From NCBI GenBank assembly GCA_015487785.1, contig WFPC01000041.1, positions 31,592 through 95,591 on the forward strand: a stretch of DNA of 64,000 nucleotides, read 5' to 3'. The stretch is from Gammaproteobacteria bacterium (lineage in GTDB: Bacteria > Pseudomonadota > Gammaproteobacteria > S012-40). Made by a program: the position numbers and the translations under genes. Position 1 is the stretch's first letter. Each line of letters starts with the position of its first letter. The notes beneath the pieces were generated by a model that searched no databases, was not told the DNA's origin, and saw only the letters and a program-made list of their open reading frames with translations. Shown here piece after piece: positions 25,337-35,756 of the stretch.

Positions 25337-26248
25337 TTATTTCAAACGAATCATCTCCGACAACGGGATGAGACTGATCTCGGCCCGGTAGAGGATACGG
25401 TTGCCGCTGAGCAGGCCATAGCAGCGATAGCGGTGCTGGGTCATGCCGGTGACACCGATGCCGCGGGCCTGTTCGATGATTTCGGGGTCCTGTACCAGGA
25501 TGTTGAGGCGGTCGTTGCTGCGCAGGCCCGCAGCCAGGCCGCGGTCGACGCTGATGTGGTGGGAGATGTAGACCATGGGGTCGCGGCGGAAGTCGTGCTG
25601 CTGTTTGTGGGCCCGTTCCAGCAGGGCACAGGAGATCAAGGCGGCGGGAAACATTTCCGGGAAGCGGACCTGGTCTTCCAGCTCATCGAAATAATCGGAT
25701 TGCTCCACCAGCGAGCCGAGCAGAAAATTCTTGCCGTTGGCGGTATTCATGAACTTGCGCTTGAGAAAGAATGGCTGATCTTGGAGAAAACTGCGGTCGT
25801 CGATGTCATCGAGGTCGGGCAGGCCGGAAAGCTCGCTTTCGGCCAGGAACAGGGGCTGGTCCGACTCGCTCTTGTTGCCCATGAGCATCACGCCCTGTTC
25901 GTGATGGCGAATGAGCACCCGGTTGTTGAGCAGGCGTTCATTCTTGAGGTGGGTTTTTTTGATTTCCAGTTCGAAGGGCATGTCCGGGCGTAGCGCGTTG
26001 ACGAAGGTGAACTGGTAGTTGCTAAAGCCCAGGCCTTGCTCTTCGATCAGTGCAGCTTCCCCCTGTTGCCGACGGTGCTGGCGCACCCGGTCCTCGATCA
26101 GCATGGCGAGCTGGAAACCCAGCACGATGGGGCCCTGGAAGGGGTTGTTGCGGATCTCGGCCCAGCGTTTCTTGTCGTGGAACAGGTTGAAGTCGTCGGT
26201 GGCGTTGCGTGCCGCGTCGATGTGCAGCTGAGTGAAGCGCAGGCTCAC
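25337..26248 (-). CDS. MaoC-like dehydratase double-hotdog-fold protein (GTG start overlapping the upstream stop as GTGA)
   Basis: The N-terminal half carries the MaoC/hotdog signature DDFNLFHDKKRWAEIRNNPFQGPIVLGFQLAML, followed by beta-rich segments. The second half looks like a degenerate hotdog repeat. The 378-aa track ORF has an R/G-rich N-terminal extension lying out of frame over the upstream gene; this is rejected. GC content is visibly lower than in neighbouring genes. Confidence 0.5.
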   Translation of the reverse strand: MSLRFTQLHIDAARNATDDFNLFHDKKRWAEIRNNPFQGPIVLGFQLAMLIEDRVRQHRRQQGEAALIEEQGLGFSNYQFTFVNALRPDMPFELEIKKTHLKNERLLNNRVLIRHHEQGVMLMGNKSESDQPLFLAESELSGLPDLDDIDDRSFLQDQPFFLKRKFMNTANGKNFLLGSLVEQSDYFDELEDQVRFPEMFPAALISCALLERAHKQQHDFRRDPMVYISHHISVDRGLAAGLRSNDRLNILVQDPEIIEQARGIGVTGMTQHRYRCYGLLSGNRILYRAEISLIPLSEMIRLK

Positions 26249-26838
26249 GCTGCCTGCTCCTGCTTGCTGAAGTTGCGTGCCACCGCGGCAGCGGTCTCCG
26301 GCTTGAACTGCTTGGCGTCGTGTTCGATGAGCATGCGGTAGATCTCGCGCGCGGCATCGCAATAGTCCTCGATGTCGAGCTTGTCCACCTTGCCTTCCTG
26401 TGACCAGGCCAGGGCCTTCTTGGTGGTGCCGGCACTGCCGTCGAATTGTTCCCATACGGGGGTGAAGCGCCACAACAGGCCGCCGTCGCGTTCCAGTTGT
26501 TCCATGTAGTCGCGAATCTCCTTGCGCAGGGGGTATTCCAGCCGGTTGCGCACGATGAGGTAGGTGAACAGGCCCACCACCGTGGTGGGAATCATCATGA
26601 TCCAGACCATCTTGGCGAAGGCTTCCACGGAGATGAGGTTGTTGCTGAAGCCGTAATATCCCCCGGCATAGGCGGCGCCATAGAGCAGGCCGGCGACCAC
26701 GGTGCCGAACAGGATGGCCTTGTATTTGACTTCCTTGGTATGGCGCTTGTAGTTCAACCGCCGCAGGTCGATGCTGCGTTCGAACTGGCGCAGAATATCC
26801 TTTTTCAGAGAGCGCTGGCCCTTGCTTTTCTTTGCCAT
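26245..26838 (-). CDS. Small two-transmembrane-helix protein of unknown function (basic N-terminal tail, helical charged C-terminal domain)
   Basis: Start is taken at MAKKSKGQRSLKK. Two predicted TM helices are present (AILFGTVVAGLLYGAAYAGGYYGF and VWIMMIPTTVVGLFTYLIV). The gene has sensible amino-acid composition, unlike the overlapping frame. Its stop overlaps the GTG start of the hotdog gene. Confidence 0.5.
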   Translation of the reverse strand: MAKKSKGQRSLKKDILRQFERSIDLRRLNYKRHTKEVKYKAILFGTVVAGLLYGAAYAGGYYGFSNNLISVEAFAKMVWIMMIPTTVVGLFTYLIVRNRLEYPLRKEIRDYMEQLERDGGLLWRFTPVWEQFDGSAGTTKKALAWSQEGKVDKLDIEDYCDAAREIYRMLIEHDAKQFKPETAAAVARNFSKQEQAA

Positions 26839-26918
26839 GGATCTTGTGCTGACACGGTTTGCGGGATGCTTCCTCGTATTAAGCCATAGATGTCGATGGT
26901 GATCCAGAGTTCTGATCC

Positions 26919-28442
26919 TCACCAGGGCGGGGTTGTTGCCGCAGGCTGGCCCTGGGCGTGGTACTGGCGCCACATGATCTGTCGCAGTAGCTCGGCCGGG
27001 TCGTCGCGCAGATTCTGCGAACGGGGGGGGTCGGCTGGTGCCGGCGTCGCCGCTGGTGCTCGTCCGCCGTCGCCGCGTCTGGTCGATGGTCCGACGGGAG
27101 CCGGGGCAGGCGGTGAGGGGGAGTGGCCGGCCTCCAGCCAGTCTTGTACCAGGCGGCGGTTGAAGCGGGCGTCCTGGTGGCGGGGATCCAGTGCCAGGGC
27201 CTCGTCGTAGGCCCGCAAGGCCTCTTCCAGTTTGCCCTGGTGGACCAGGGCGTTACCCAGGTTGTAGCGGTTGTCGGCGCCGTCCAGGCGACGAAAGATG
27301 GCGGCGGCGCGAGCGTAGTCCCCGGCGCGATAATAGGCGCTGGCCCGCCAGGCGGGGTCCTGGAAACGTTCGGCGGCACGGGCATAGTCTCCGGCCCGGA
27401 ACAGGGTCATGGCTATGCGTGGATCCGTCTCGGCGGCCTGCAAGAGAGGTGCTGGCGGCAACAGGAAAGTGAGTGCCAACACACCGGCCAGCCAGCCACG
27501 GCGGTAGCCCAGCGCGATCAAGGGCAGGGCCAGTAGCAACAGCCAAGGTCCCTGGTCACGCCACTGGTCGAAACGCTGCGGGCTGGCCAGAGAGGCCGCC
27601 GGCGGATCGTGCAACAGGGCCTGGACGTCGCTGTCGTCGTGCTGGACTTCCTGGTAGCGTCCGCCGCCCGCCGTGGCCAGGGCCTGCAGGGGGACGGCTT
27701 GCAGCCGGCTGTGCACGGCGCGGCCGTCGCTGTCTCGCATCCCGGGCACCTTGGCGCCTTGCTGGCTGGCCACCGCCAGTACCGAGAGGCGGTGGCCGGC
27801 CTGGCGCAGGCGCCGGGCCTGGCGTAGGGCGCGTTCGGGTTGGGCCAGGCCGTCGGTGATGAGGATGACCTGGGCCTGGCGGGCCGGGTAGTGTTCGAGC
27901 AGGGTCACGGCCGCCGCCAGGGCGGATGCGGCATCGCTGCCCGGCAGCGGCATCAGTTCAGGGTCCAGGGCCGGTACCAGGTTGGCTACGATGGCCGGGT
28001 CGTGTGCCAAAGGGGTGAGCGGGTGGGCGCTGCCGGCGTAGGCGATGAGAGCGGCAGGGTCGTCGCCCAGCATGGCCAGGAGCTTTTGCTTGGCCCGCTC
28101 CAGGCGCGAGGGTTTGATGTCGTCGGCCTGCATGGAGCGGGAGACATCCAGCAGATAGACCCGGGGCTGGGCATGGTGACTGGCCGCGGGCAATTGTTGC
28201 CAGGTGGGGCCGGCCAGGGCGAGTACCACCAGGAGCCCGCCCGCGGCCAGGCCGGCCAATGCCCTATGTGAGCGTTCACTGTCGGCGTGAACGAGTATCC
28301 ATGGTCTGAGCTGGGGATCACAGTGCTTTTCCCACGGGCTGGGGCGGCGCTGGTGCCGGGCCAGGCGCCACAAAAGCCAGGCCAGGGGCGGCAGGGCCAG
28401 CAGCCAGTAGGGGCGCAGAAAGTGGAAGGCGGCGAGATCCAT
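26919..28442 (-). CDS. BatB-like VWA domain protein with C-terminal TPR repeats
   Basis: The product has an N-terminal TM segment, a VWA/MIDAS motif (YLLDVSRSM) and TPR-like repeats (AGDYARAAERF..., AGDYARAAAIF..., LGNALVHQGKLEEALRAYDEALALDP). Its ATG overlaps the batA stop (TGATG). Confidence 0.75.
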   Translation of the reverse strand: MDLAAFHFLRPYWLLALPPLAWLLWRLARHQRRPSPWEKHCDPQLRPWILVHADSERSHRALAGLAAGGLLVVLALAGPTWQQLPAASHHAQPRVYLLDVSRSMQADDIKPSRLERAKQKLLAMLGDDPAALIAYAGSAHPLTPLAHDPAIVANLVPALDPELMPLPGSDAASALAAAVTLLEHYPARQAQVILITDGLAQPERALRQARRLRQAGHRLSVLAVASQQGAKVPGMRDSDGRAVHSRLQAVPLQALATAGGGRYQEVQHDDSDVQALLHDPPAASLASPQRFDQWRDQGPWLLLLALPLIALGYRRGWLAGVLALTFLLPPAPLLQAAETDPRIAMTLFRAGDYARAAERFQDPAWRASAYYRAGDYARAAAIFRRLDGADNRYNLGNALVHQGKLEEALRAYDEALALDPRHQDARFNRRLVQDWLEAGHSPSPPAPAPVGPSTRRGDGGRAPAATPAPADPPRSQNLRDDPAELLRQIMWRQYHAQGQPAATTPPW

Positions 28443-29437
28443 CAAGTGGTCTCCCGCGGGGATGAAGCCAGGCGCCAGGCGAGATAGCCATAGAGCAGCA
28501 GGGCAATGGTCAGGGGCCAGTGGAACCATTCACGCACCGGCTGCAGAGGTGGCCGTTCGGTGGGCAGGGGTTGCAAGGTATCCAGTTGCCGGTAAATGGC
28601 TTCCAGGGCGCGGGTGTCGGCGGCACGGAAATACCGGCCCTCGGTGATTTCGGCAATGCGCCGCAGGGTGGTTTCGTCCAGTTCGCCGGTGCTGGTGTTG
28701 AGGCGGTTGCCAAACAGGCTCTGGCGGGTCTGCTCATCGGCACCCACGCCGATGGTGTAGATGCGCACTCCGTGGTGGCGGGCCAGGCGGGCGGCGGCGA
28801 GGGGGTCGATGTGCCCGGTGGTGTCGGCGCCGTCGGTGAGCAGGATCAATACCCGGTGCTGCCGCGGACTGTTGCGCAGGCGCTCGGTGGCCAGGCCGAT
28901 GGCCTCGCCGATGGCGGTTTCTTTGCCGGCCAGGCCGATGTCGGCCCGTTCCAGCAGGTAGCGGACGCTGGCGCGGTCGAAGCTGAGCGGGGCCTGTACA
29001 TAGGCGTGGCTGCCGAACAGGATCAGGCCCAGGCGATCGCCACGGCGGCGTTCGATGAAGGCGCCGGCCACTGCCTTGACTGCACCAAGACGGTCGATGC
29101 GCTGTCCCTGGAGCAGAAAGTCGGCGATTTCCATACTGCCGGACACGTCCACCGCCAACATCAGGTCACGGCCCGTGTCGGCCCACTGGCGGGGTTCATC
29201 CAGGCCCTGGGGACGGGCGGCGGCGATGAGTAACAACAGCCAGGCCAGTATCGCCAACCAGCCCAGCAGGCTGGAGGGACGGTGATCGCTGTTGTGCCCT
29301 TCTCGCCCCACCCAGCGTGAATAGAAGGGTATGCGCAGGGCGCCGTGGCGGGGATCGGCGACGGCGGACAAATAGCGCCAAGCCAGCCAGGGCAGGGGCA
29401 GTAGCAGAAAGCTCCAAGGCCAGGCGAATTCGATCAT
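28442..29437 (-). CDS. BatA-like VWA domain membrane protein
   Basis: The product has two N-terminal TM helices and a VWA MIDAS motif (LAVDVSGSM ... ILLTDGADT). Confidence 0.8.
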   Translation of the reverse strand: MIEFAWPWSFLLLPLPWLAWRYLSAVADPRHGALRIPFYSRWVGREGHNSDHRPSSLLGWLAILAWLLLLIAAARPQGLDEPRQWADTGRDLMLAVDVSGSMEIADFLLQGQRIDRLGAVKAVAGAFIERRRGDRLGLILFGSHAYVQAPLSFDRASVRYLLERADIGLAGKETAIGEAIGLATERLRNSPRQHRVLILLTDGADTTGHIDPLAAARLARHHGVRIYTIGVGADEQTRQSLFGNRLNTSTGELDETTLRRIAEITEGRYFRAADTRALEAIYRQLDTLQPLPTERPPLQPVREWFHWPLTIALLLYGYLAWRLASSPRETT

Positions 29438-29895
29438 GGCAAGTGTTCCAGCCAGCGTTGCATGAGTTGGAACAGGGCCTCCACATCGTAGTCGCAGTGA
29501 GCTTGGTAGGGGCCCCGGGCCAGGATCCGGCCCGGCCCTTGGCTGAAGGCATTGTCGCCGAGTTGTCGGTCGAGGTGTTGCAGCCAGGCCGCGCCGGTGA
29601 GCCGGGCCACCTGGCCGGGCTCACCGGCCTGGGCCAGGGCCACGCGATGGGCGAAGGCCGAAAGGGCGCGCAAGGTGGCCATGGCGTCGCCGTGGCGGTC
29701 ATGGGCCTGGCGCAGGGCGGTCAGTTCGCGGCGGGCTTGTTGTTTGAGCGAGAGCTGTGGTCTGCGCCGGTGGCGCAGCAGCAGCCAGCCCAGTCCCAAC
29801 AGGATCAACAGTGCCAGCCACCACCCGCCATCGAATGACTCGCTGGCGGGTGGTGGAGGAAGATGGATGTCGCGCAGTTGTTCCAGTGCGTTCAT
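29434..29895 (-). CDS. DUF4381-like small membrane protein of the MoxR/Bat operon
   Basis: The 153-aa product has a single TM segment (WWLALLILLGLGWLLL). It lies between the DUF58 and batA genes and overlaps both by 4 nt. Confidence 0.55.
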   Translation of the reverse strand: MNALEQLRDIHLPPPPASESFDGGWWLALLILLGLGWLLLRHRRRPQLSLKQQARRELTALRQAHDRHGDAMATLRALSAFAHRVALAQAGEPGQVARLTGAAWLQHLDRQLGDNAFSQGPGRILARGPYQAHCDYDVEALFQLMQRWLEHLP

Positions 29896-30797
29896 GAATC
29901 TTGGGCAAGGGTGGCCAATTGCATGCGCAGGGCGTGGATGGGGTCATGGTCGGTGGCCAGTTCCAGCAAATGGGCGCCGTACTGGCGGCAGAAGCCGGCC
30001 AGGGTTTGTCGGTGCTGGAAAAATTGTTGTCGGATGTGTTCGGCCCGTTGTGGGTCCAGCCAGGCGAGGCGTTCGCCGTCGCTCAAGGGATAGTGGCCGG
30101 TGGGGGGGTGTGCTTCCAGTGGATCGTGGACCAGGCCCAATACCAGCGCGCTGTGACGGGCCAGGGGAGCCAGCAGCCCGGCGACGTGGTCGTTCCAGCC
30201 GTCGAAGTCGCTGAAGGCGAATACCAGGCTGCCCGGTCGCACGATGCGGGCCAGGCGTCCCGCCTGGCTGGCCAGGTCCTGGGGTGGCACGGGAGTATCG
30301 GCCGGGGGCTGGGTGAGGGCATTGATCAGGCGCAATACGCCCCGGTCGCCGCCAGCAGGGCGCAGTTCGCGGTGGTGGCTCTGGTGGAACACCAAGGCGC
30401 CCACGCGATCGCCGTGGGCGCTGGCTCGCCAGCCCAGCAAGGTACCGGCGCGGGCGGCCAGCACCGACTTGAAGACACCGCGGGTGGCGAAGTGCATGGT
30501 CGGGCGCTGGTCGATCAGCAGGATCACCGGGCGTTCCCGCTCCTCGTTGAACAGCTTGGTATGGGCGCGGCCGGTGCGCGCGGTGACGCGCCAGTCGATG
30601 CAGCGGATGTCGTCACCGGGCTGGTATTCACGGACTTCACGGAAGTCCATGCCGCGGCCGCGCAGGCGTGAGCGGTGCTGGCCCATGAGCTGGGCGCGAA
30701 TGCGGCCGGCCGCGCGCGAGCCCAGATGCCGGGCCTGGATGCGCAGGGCCACCAGGTCGGCGATGTTGGGCCGGATGGCGGATGGTGTCGCGGACAT
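29892..30797 (-). CDS. DUF58 protein (MoxR-associated, VWA-like)
   Basis: The 301-aa product contains the DUF58 core ...GMDFREVREYQPGDDIRCIDWRVTARTG..., which typically follows MoxR ATPases. Confidence 0.8.
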   Translation of the reverse strand: MSATPSAIRPNIADLVALRIQARHLGSRAAGRIRAQLMGQHRSRLRGRGMDFREVREYQPGDDIRCIDWRVTARTGRAHTKLFNEERERPVILLIDQRPTMHFATRGVFKSVLAARAGTLLGWRASAHGDRVGALVFHQSHHRELRPAGGDRGVLRLINALTQPPADTPVPPQDLASQAGRLARIVRPGSLVFAFSDFDGWNDHVAGLLAPLARHSALVLGLVHDPLEAHPPTGHYPLSDGERLAWLDPQRAEHIRQQFFQHRQTLAGFCRQYGAHLLELATDHDPIHALRMQLATLAQDS

Positions 30798-31768
<971 letters not shown>

Positions 31769-31772
<4 letters not shown>

Positions 31773-32320
31773 GGTCGCAGCAGGGGGTCTTCCACCGCCT
31801 GGCGGGTGGCCGAGCCGGCGAGCAGTTCGATCAGGGTGAGGGCGAAATCCATGGCGGTGCCGGGCCCGCGCGAGGTGACCACGTTGCCGTCCACCACCAC
31901 TGCTTGTTCCAGGTAGGTCATGCCGGGAATGTCCATGCGGTCCAGGGTGCCGGGATAGCTGGTGGCCCGGCGTCCCTCCAATACGCCGGCGGCGGCCAGG
32001 GCGCGGGGAGCGGCACAGATGGCCGCCACGATCTTGCCGGCATCGTGCAGGCGGGTGATCAGTTGCTGGATGCGGGGGTCGTCGCGCAGGTGATCGGAGC
32101 CAGGCAGACCGCCGGGCAGTACGATCATGTCGAAGTCGTGTTCCAGCACCGCATCCAGTGCCTGGTCGGCGATCAGCACGGTACCACGGCTGGCACGCAC
32201 CGGCTGGTCGTCCAGCGAGGCGGTGATCACCTCCAGTTTGGCGCGCCGGAACAGGTCGACGAGGGTGACGGCCTCTAGTTCTTCACAGCCTTGGGCGAGG
32301 GGGACAAGAATGCCTGCCAT
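31769..32320 (-). CDS. DJ-1/PfpI (ThiJ) family protein
   Basis: The 183-aa product has a class-I glutaminase-like fold with the nucleophile elbow IVAAICAAP. Confidence 0.8.
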
Positions 32321-33054
32321 GTGGGGTTCTCCATTACTAGTTGTTGGCTGACGGGGACCAGGCGTATACCCTGGGTTCGCAGCCGGGGAATCTGTTCCTC
32401 GAGAAAGGCGAGGGTCTCGGTGTGCGGGTGGGCGATGGCCACCGCGCGACCCTGTTGCCGGGCTTTTTTTAACAGACGTTGCAGGTGATGGGCAAGGGCG
32501 CCGAAATCCTTGTCGTGGTCGAGAAACACGTCCCGTCGCAGGTGAGGCACCCGGTATTGGCTGGCGTAGTGTCCCGCCACGCTGTGCAGGGTGGTGAGGC
32601 TGTCGACGAAGAACAGCCCGCGCTGGCGCGCCAGTTCACTCATCAGCCATTGCATGGGGCGCTCGGCCTGGGTCAGCAGGCTGCCCATGTGGTTGTTGAT
32701 ACCCATGACAAAGGGGATGGCGGCCAGGTCGGCTCGCAAGGTGCGCAGGAGTTCCTCCCGCGACATGTCCTGGCGCAGACCGCCGCGTCCCATGGCGGCG
32801 GGACCCTGGGGCTCCATGGGCAGGTGCAGCAGCACGTCGCGTCCCAGGCGGTGGGCCCGGCGGGCCTGTTCCACGGCATAGGGGGTGTGGGGCAGGAAGG
32901 CGTAACTGACCGCGCCGGGCAGGGCCAGGGCGCGCTCGCCCCGCGCCCGGTTGTCACCCATGTCGTCGATGATGATGCTGATCACGGGTGCCGCCTGGGC
33001 CGCCAGGCTCAGCAGCAGGGCCGACAAACCCAGAAACAGGCGCCGTGGCATCAT
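32275..33054 (-). CDS. yibQ: Divergent polysaccharide deacetylase (YibQ family)
   Basis: The 259-aa product has a signal peptide followed by ISIIIDDMGDN... It matches E. coli synteny (gpmM-envC-yibQ). Confidence 0.75.
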   Translation of the reverse strand: MMPRRLFLGLSALLLSLAAQAAPVISIIIDDMGDNRARGERALALPGAVSYAFLPHTPYAVEQARRAHRLGRDVLLHLPMEPQGPAAMGRGGLRQDMSREELLRTLRADLAAIPFVMGINNHMGSLLTQAERPMQWLMSELARQRGLFFVDSLTTLHSVAGHYASQYRVPHLRRDVFLDHDKDFGALAHHLQRLLKKARQQGRAVAIAHPHTETLAFLEEQIPRLRTQGIRLVPVSQQLVMENPTWQAFLSPSPKAVKN

Positions 33055-33062
33055 CGGGATGC

Positions 33063-34379
33063 TCAGTGCTTGAGCGAACCCATGATGTCCAGCGCCTTGA
33101 GCAGGTTCAGGGCTTCATAGAGCTGATAGTCCTGTTGGGCCAGGGAGTTTTCTTGCTGGTCCTGGTCGCCTTTTCCGGTGTTCTTGTCGCCATTGGTGTT
33201 TTCCAGGTGACGGGCCAAGTCGGCTTCCTTGATTTCCTTGAACGGCAGTTTCACCGACTCCACCCGGACCCGTTCCAGCTCGATGTCGGGTTCGATACCC
33301 TCGGCCTGGATGGAGCGTCCGGAGGGTGTGAAATAGCGCGCAGTGGTGAGCTTGAGGGCCGCATTGTTGTTCATGGGCAGGATGGTCTGCACCGAGCCCT
33401 TGCCGAAGGTGCGCGAGCCGAGAATGATGGCGCGCCTGTGGTCTTGCAGGGCACCGGCGACGATCTCCGAGGCCGAGGCCGAGCCGCCGTTGACCATCAC
33501 CACCAGTGGTGCGCCTTCCAGCACTTCGTTGGGGGTGGCCTTGAATTTGAGCCGGGAATTTTCATCACGGCCCTCGGTGTAGACGATTAGACCCTCGGTG
33601 AGGAAGGCATCGGAGACTTCCACCGCTGCATTGAGCACCCCGCCGGGATTGTTGCGCAGGTCCAGGATCAGTCCGCGCAGGTGCTTGTCGGCGGCTTCCC
33701 GCTGCAGTTTGTCGATTTCCTGCAGCAGGTTTTCGCCCGTTTTGGATTGGAAGCTGGAGATGCGCAGGTAGCCGTAGCGTTTCTCCAACAGGCGGCTCTT
33801 GACGCTCTTGACCTTGATGATGTCGCGGGTGATGGTGATCTTGAGGGGCTTGTCCTGGCCCTCGCGCACGATGGTGAGGGTAATGTCGGTGCCGGGCTTC
33901 CCGCGCATGATCTTCACCGCCTCGTTGAGGGTGAGCCCCTTGACCGGAGTGTCGTCCAGGCGAATGATCAGGTCACCGGCGTGAACCCCGGCCCGCTGGG
34001 CGGGGGTGTCGTCGATGGGTGCGATGACCTTGACGAAACCGTCTTCCATGCCCACTTCGATGCCCAGGCCACCGAATTCACCGGTGGTACCCACTTGCAG
34101 TTCGCGGTAGGCGTCGGGATCGAGGTAAGTGGAATGGGGGTCGAGTCCGGAGAGCATGCCGCGAATGGCGTTCTCCAGCAGGGTCTTGTCGTCCACCGGT
34201 TCCACATAGTCGCTCTTGATCTTGGTGAACACCTCGGTGAAAGTGCGCAATTCCTGGATGGGAATGGTGCGCAAGCTATTGTTTTCACGCTCCGCCAGGA
34301 CGCCCTGCCCGATGGCCAGGGTGACGCCCAGGACGAGTCCCGTTGCCAAGATGGAAAGATTGCGAGTGGTCGATTTCAT
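33063..34379 (-). CDS. ctpA: Carboxyl-terminal processing protease
   Basis: The S41 peptidase has a PDZ domain and the catalytic region GGLLRTMYD.. / NGGSASASEI. Start is taken at MKSTTRN, 5 nt after a GGGGAG Shine-Dalgarno sequence. Confidence 0.88.
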   Translation of the reverse strand: MKSTTRNLSILATGLVLGVTLAIGQGVLAERENNSLRTIPIQELRTFTEVFTKIKSDYVEPVDDKTLLENAIRGMLSGLDPHSTYLDPDAYRELQVGTTGEFGGLGIEVGMEDGFVKVIAPIDDTPAQRAGVHAGDLIIRLDDTPVKGLTLNEAVKIMRGKPGTDITLTIVREGQDKPLKITITRDIIKVKSVKSRLLEKRYGYLRISSFQSKTGENLLQEIDKLQREAADKHLRGLILDLRNNPGGVLNAAVEVSDAFLTEGLIVYTEGRDENSRLKFKATPNEVLEGAPLVVMVNGGSASASEIVAGALQDHRRAIILGSRTFGKGSVQTILPMNNNAALKLTTARYFTPSGRSIQAEGIEPDIELERVRVESVKLPFKEIKEADLARHLENTNGDKNTGKGDQDQQENSLAQQDYQLYEALNLLKALDIMGSLKH

Positions 34380-34553
34380 AGTAACTCCCCGGTCCTCACC
34401 GGTGTTTGAAGGCGGCATAAGGCGCAAATATACACGTTTTCCAACTGTTTAGCATGTATTGCCTCATTGTGGGGCAGTGTTTCGGGTATGTTGCCCACGG
34501 GCTGGCCTGTCCCGCGGCACATCGGTTGTCCCGGACAGCAGGATTCGGGCCGT

Positions 34554-35756
34554 TCAGCGTCGGGCGAGCATCCATTTGCGCGGGTTGATGGCCTTGCCCC
34601 GGTAGCGGATCTCGAAATACAACGCGGGGATCTTTTGTCCGCCGCTGTTACCCACGGTGGCCAGGGTTTCGCCCTGGCGCACGTGCTCGCCCACTTCCTT
34701 GAGCAGGCGTTGGTTGTGGCCGTAGAGACTGAAATAGTCGCCACCATGATCGACGATGATCAAAAAGCCGAAGCCCCGCATCCAGTCGGCGAAGACCACT
34801 CGCCCATCGGCCACCGCACGCACCGGCGTGCCGGCCTGGGCGGCGATGACCACGCCCTGCCAGCGCAGCTTGCCGGTGGGGCGCAGGCTACCGAAGCGGT
34901 GGCGGATGCGGCCTTCCACCGGCCAGATCAGTTTACCCTTGAGCTTGGCGAAGCGGGTGTGACCAGGCGGTGGCTCCGGGGCCGCCTGGCGAATGGCGCG
35001 GGTGAGCTTGGCCAGGCGTTTTTGGTCGGCCTGCAGTTGGGCCAGTTTGCGCTGGGAGCGGGTCAGCTCCCGTTCCAGGCGCTGGATCAGGGCCTGCCGC
35101 TGCTGGCGTTGTTCACGCAGGGCGGTCTGCTGTTCCTGGTAGCGTTGGCGCAGGGCCTGCTGGCGGCGGGTTTCCTGTTGCAGTTGTTGTTCCAGGGCCT
35201 GTAACTCGGCCAGTTGCTTGTTCAGGGCGCCCAATTGCTCCAGCCGGTGACGATTGAAATAGTCGTAGTAGACCAGCATGCGGCCCAGGCGGTTGGGATC
35301 GTCTTCCTGTAACAACAACTTGACCGGATGTTGTCGCCCCATGAGATAGGCTGCGCGCGCCTGGCGATAGAGCTGACGGCGCTGGTCGCGGGTGCGGGCG
35401 AGGATATCGCGTTTTTGTCCACGCAGTTTTTTCAGGCGCCGGGCATTGGCCAGGCGCTGCCGTTCCAGTTGTGTCAGGGCCTTGGTTTTGGCGGCGATCT
35501 GGCGGTCGAAGCGCTCCAGCTCCCGGGTGAGCTTGTTGCGCCGTGTTTCGGTGCCGCTGATGTCGCGGGTGACGGCGTCGATGGCCTGGCGCAGACGCTG
35601 CAGTTGCCGGGCCGGGTCGTCCTCGGCCAGGGCCATGGGGCTGGCCAGGGCCAGGACCAGCAGCCCGGCCAGGCCGAGGCTGGTGCGAAAGGTCGACAAT
35701 GGGGCTTGCGCAAGGTTCACCGGGTGAATCCTTGCGCCATGGGCCCGTTTAGTCAA
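34554..35756 (-). CDS. envC: Murein hydrolase activator EnvC (coiled coil + LytM/M23 domain)
   Basis: The 400-aa product has a signal peptide, a long Q/R-rich coiled coil and a C-terminal M23 domain ([12 protein letters not shown]). It overlaps the gpmI 3' end by 8 nt. Confidence 0.8.
   Translation of the reverse strand: MTKRAHGARIHPVNLAQAPLSTFRTSLGLAGLLVLALASPMALAEDDPARQLQRLRQAIDAVTRDISGTETRRNKLTRELERFDRQIAAKTKALTQLERQRLANARRLKKLRGQKRDILARTRDQRRQLYRQARAAYLMGRQHPVKLLLQEDDPNRLGRMLVYYDYFNRHRLEQLGALNKQLAELQALEQQLQQETRRQQALRQRYQEQQTALREQRQQRQALIQRLERELTRSQRKLAQLQADQKRLAKLTRAIRQAAPEPPPGHTRFAKLKGKLIWPVEGRIRHRFGSLRPTGKLRWQGVVIAAQAGTPVRAVADGRVVFADWMRGFGFLIIVDHGGDYFSLYGHNQRLLKEVGEHVRQGETLATVGNSGGQKIPALYFEIRYRGKAINPRKWMLARR

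Noticed and set aside
26249-26473. N-terminal 75-aa extension of the hotdog gene (378-aa track ORF)
   Set aside because: The extension is R/G/Q-rich and lies out of frame over the well-formed C-terminus of the upstream 2-TM gene. The GTG at 26248 gives a GTGA stop-start junction, and the MaoC motif follows immediately.
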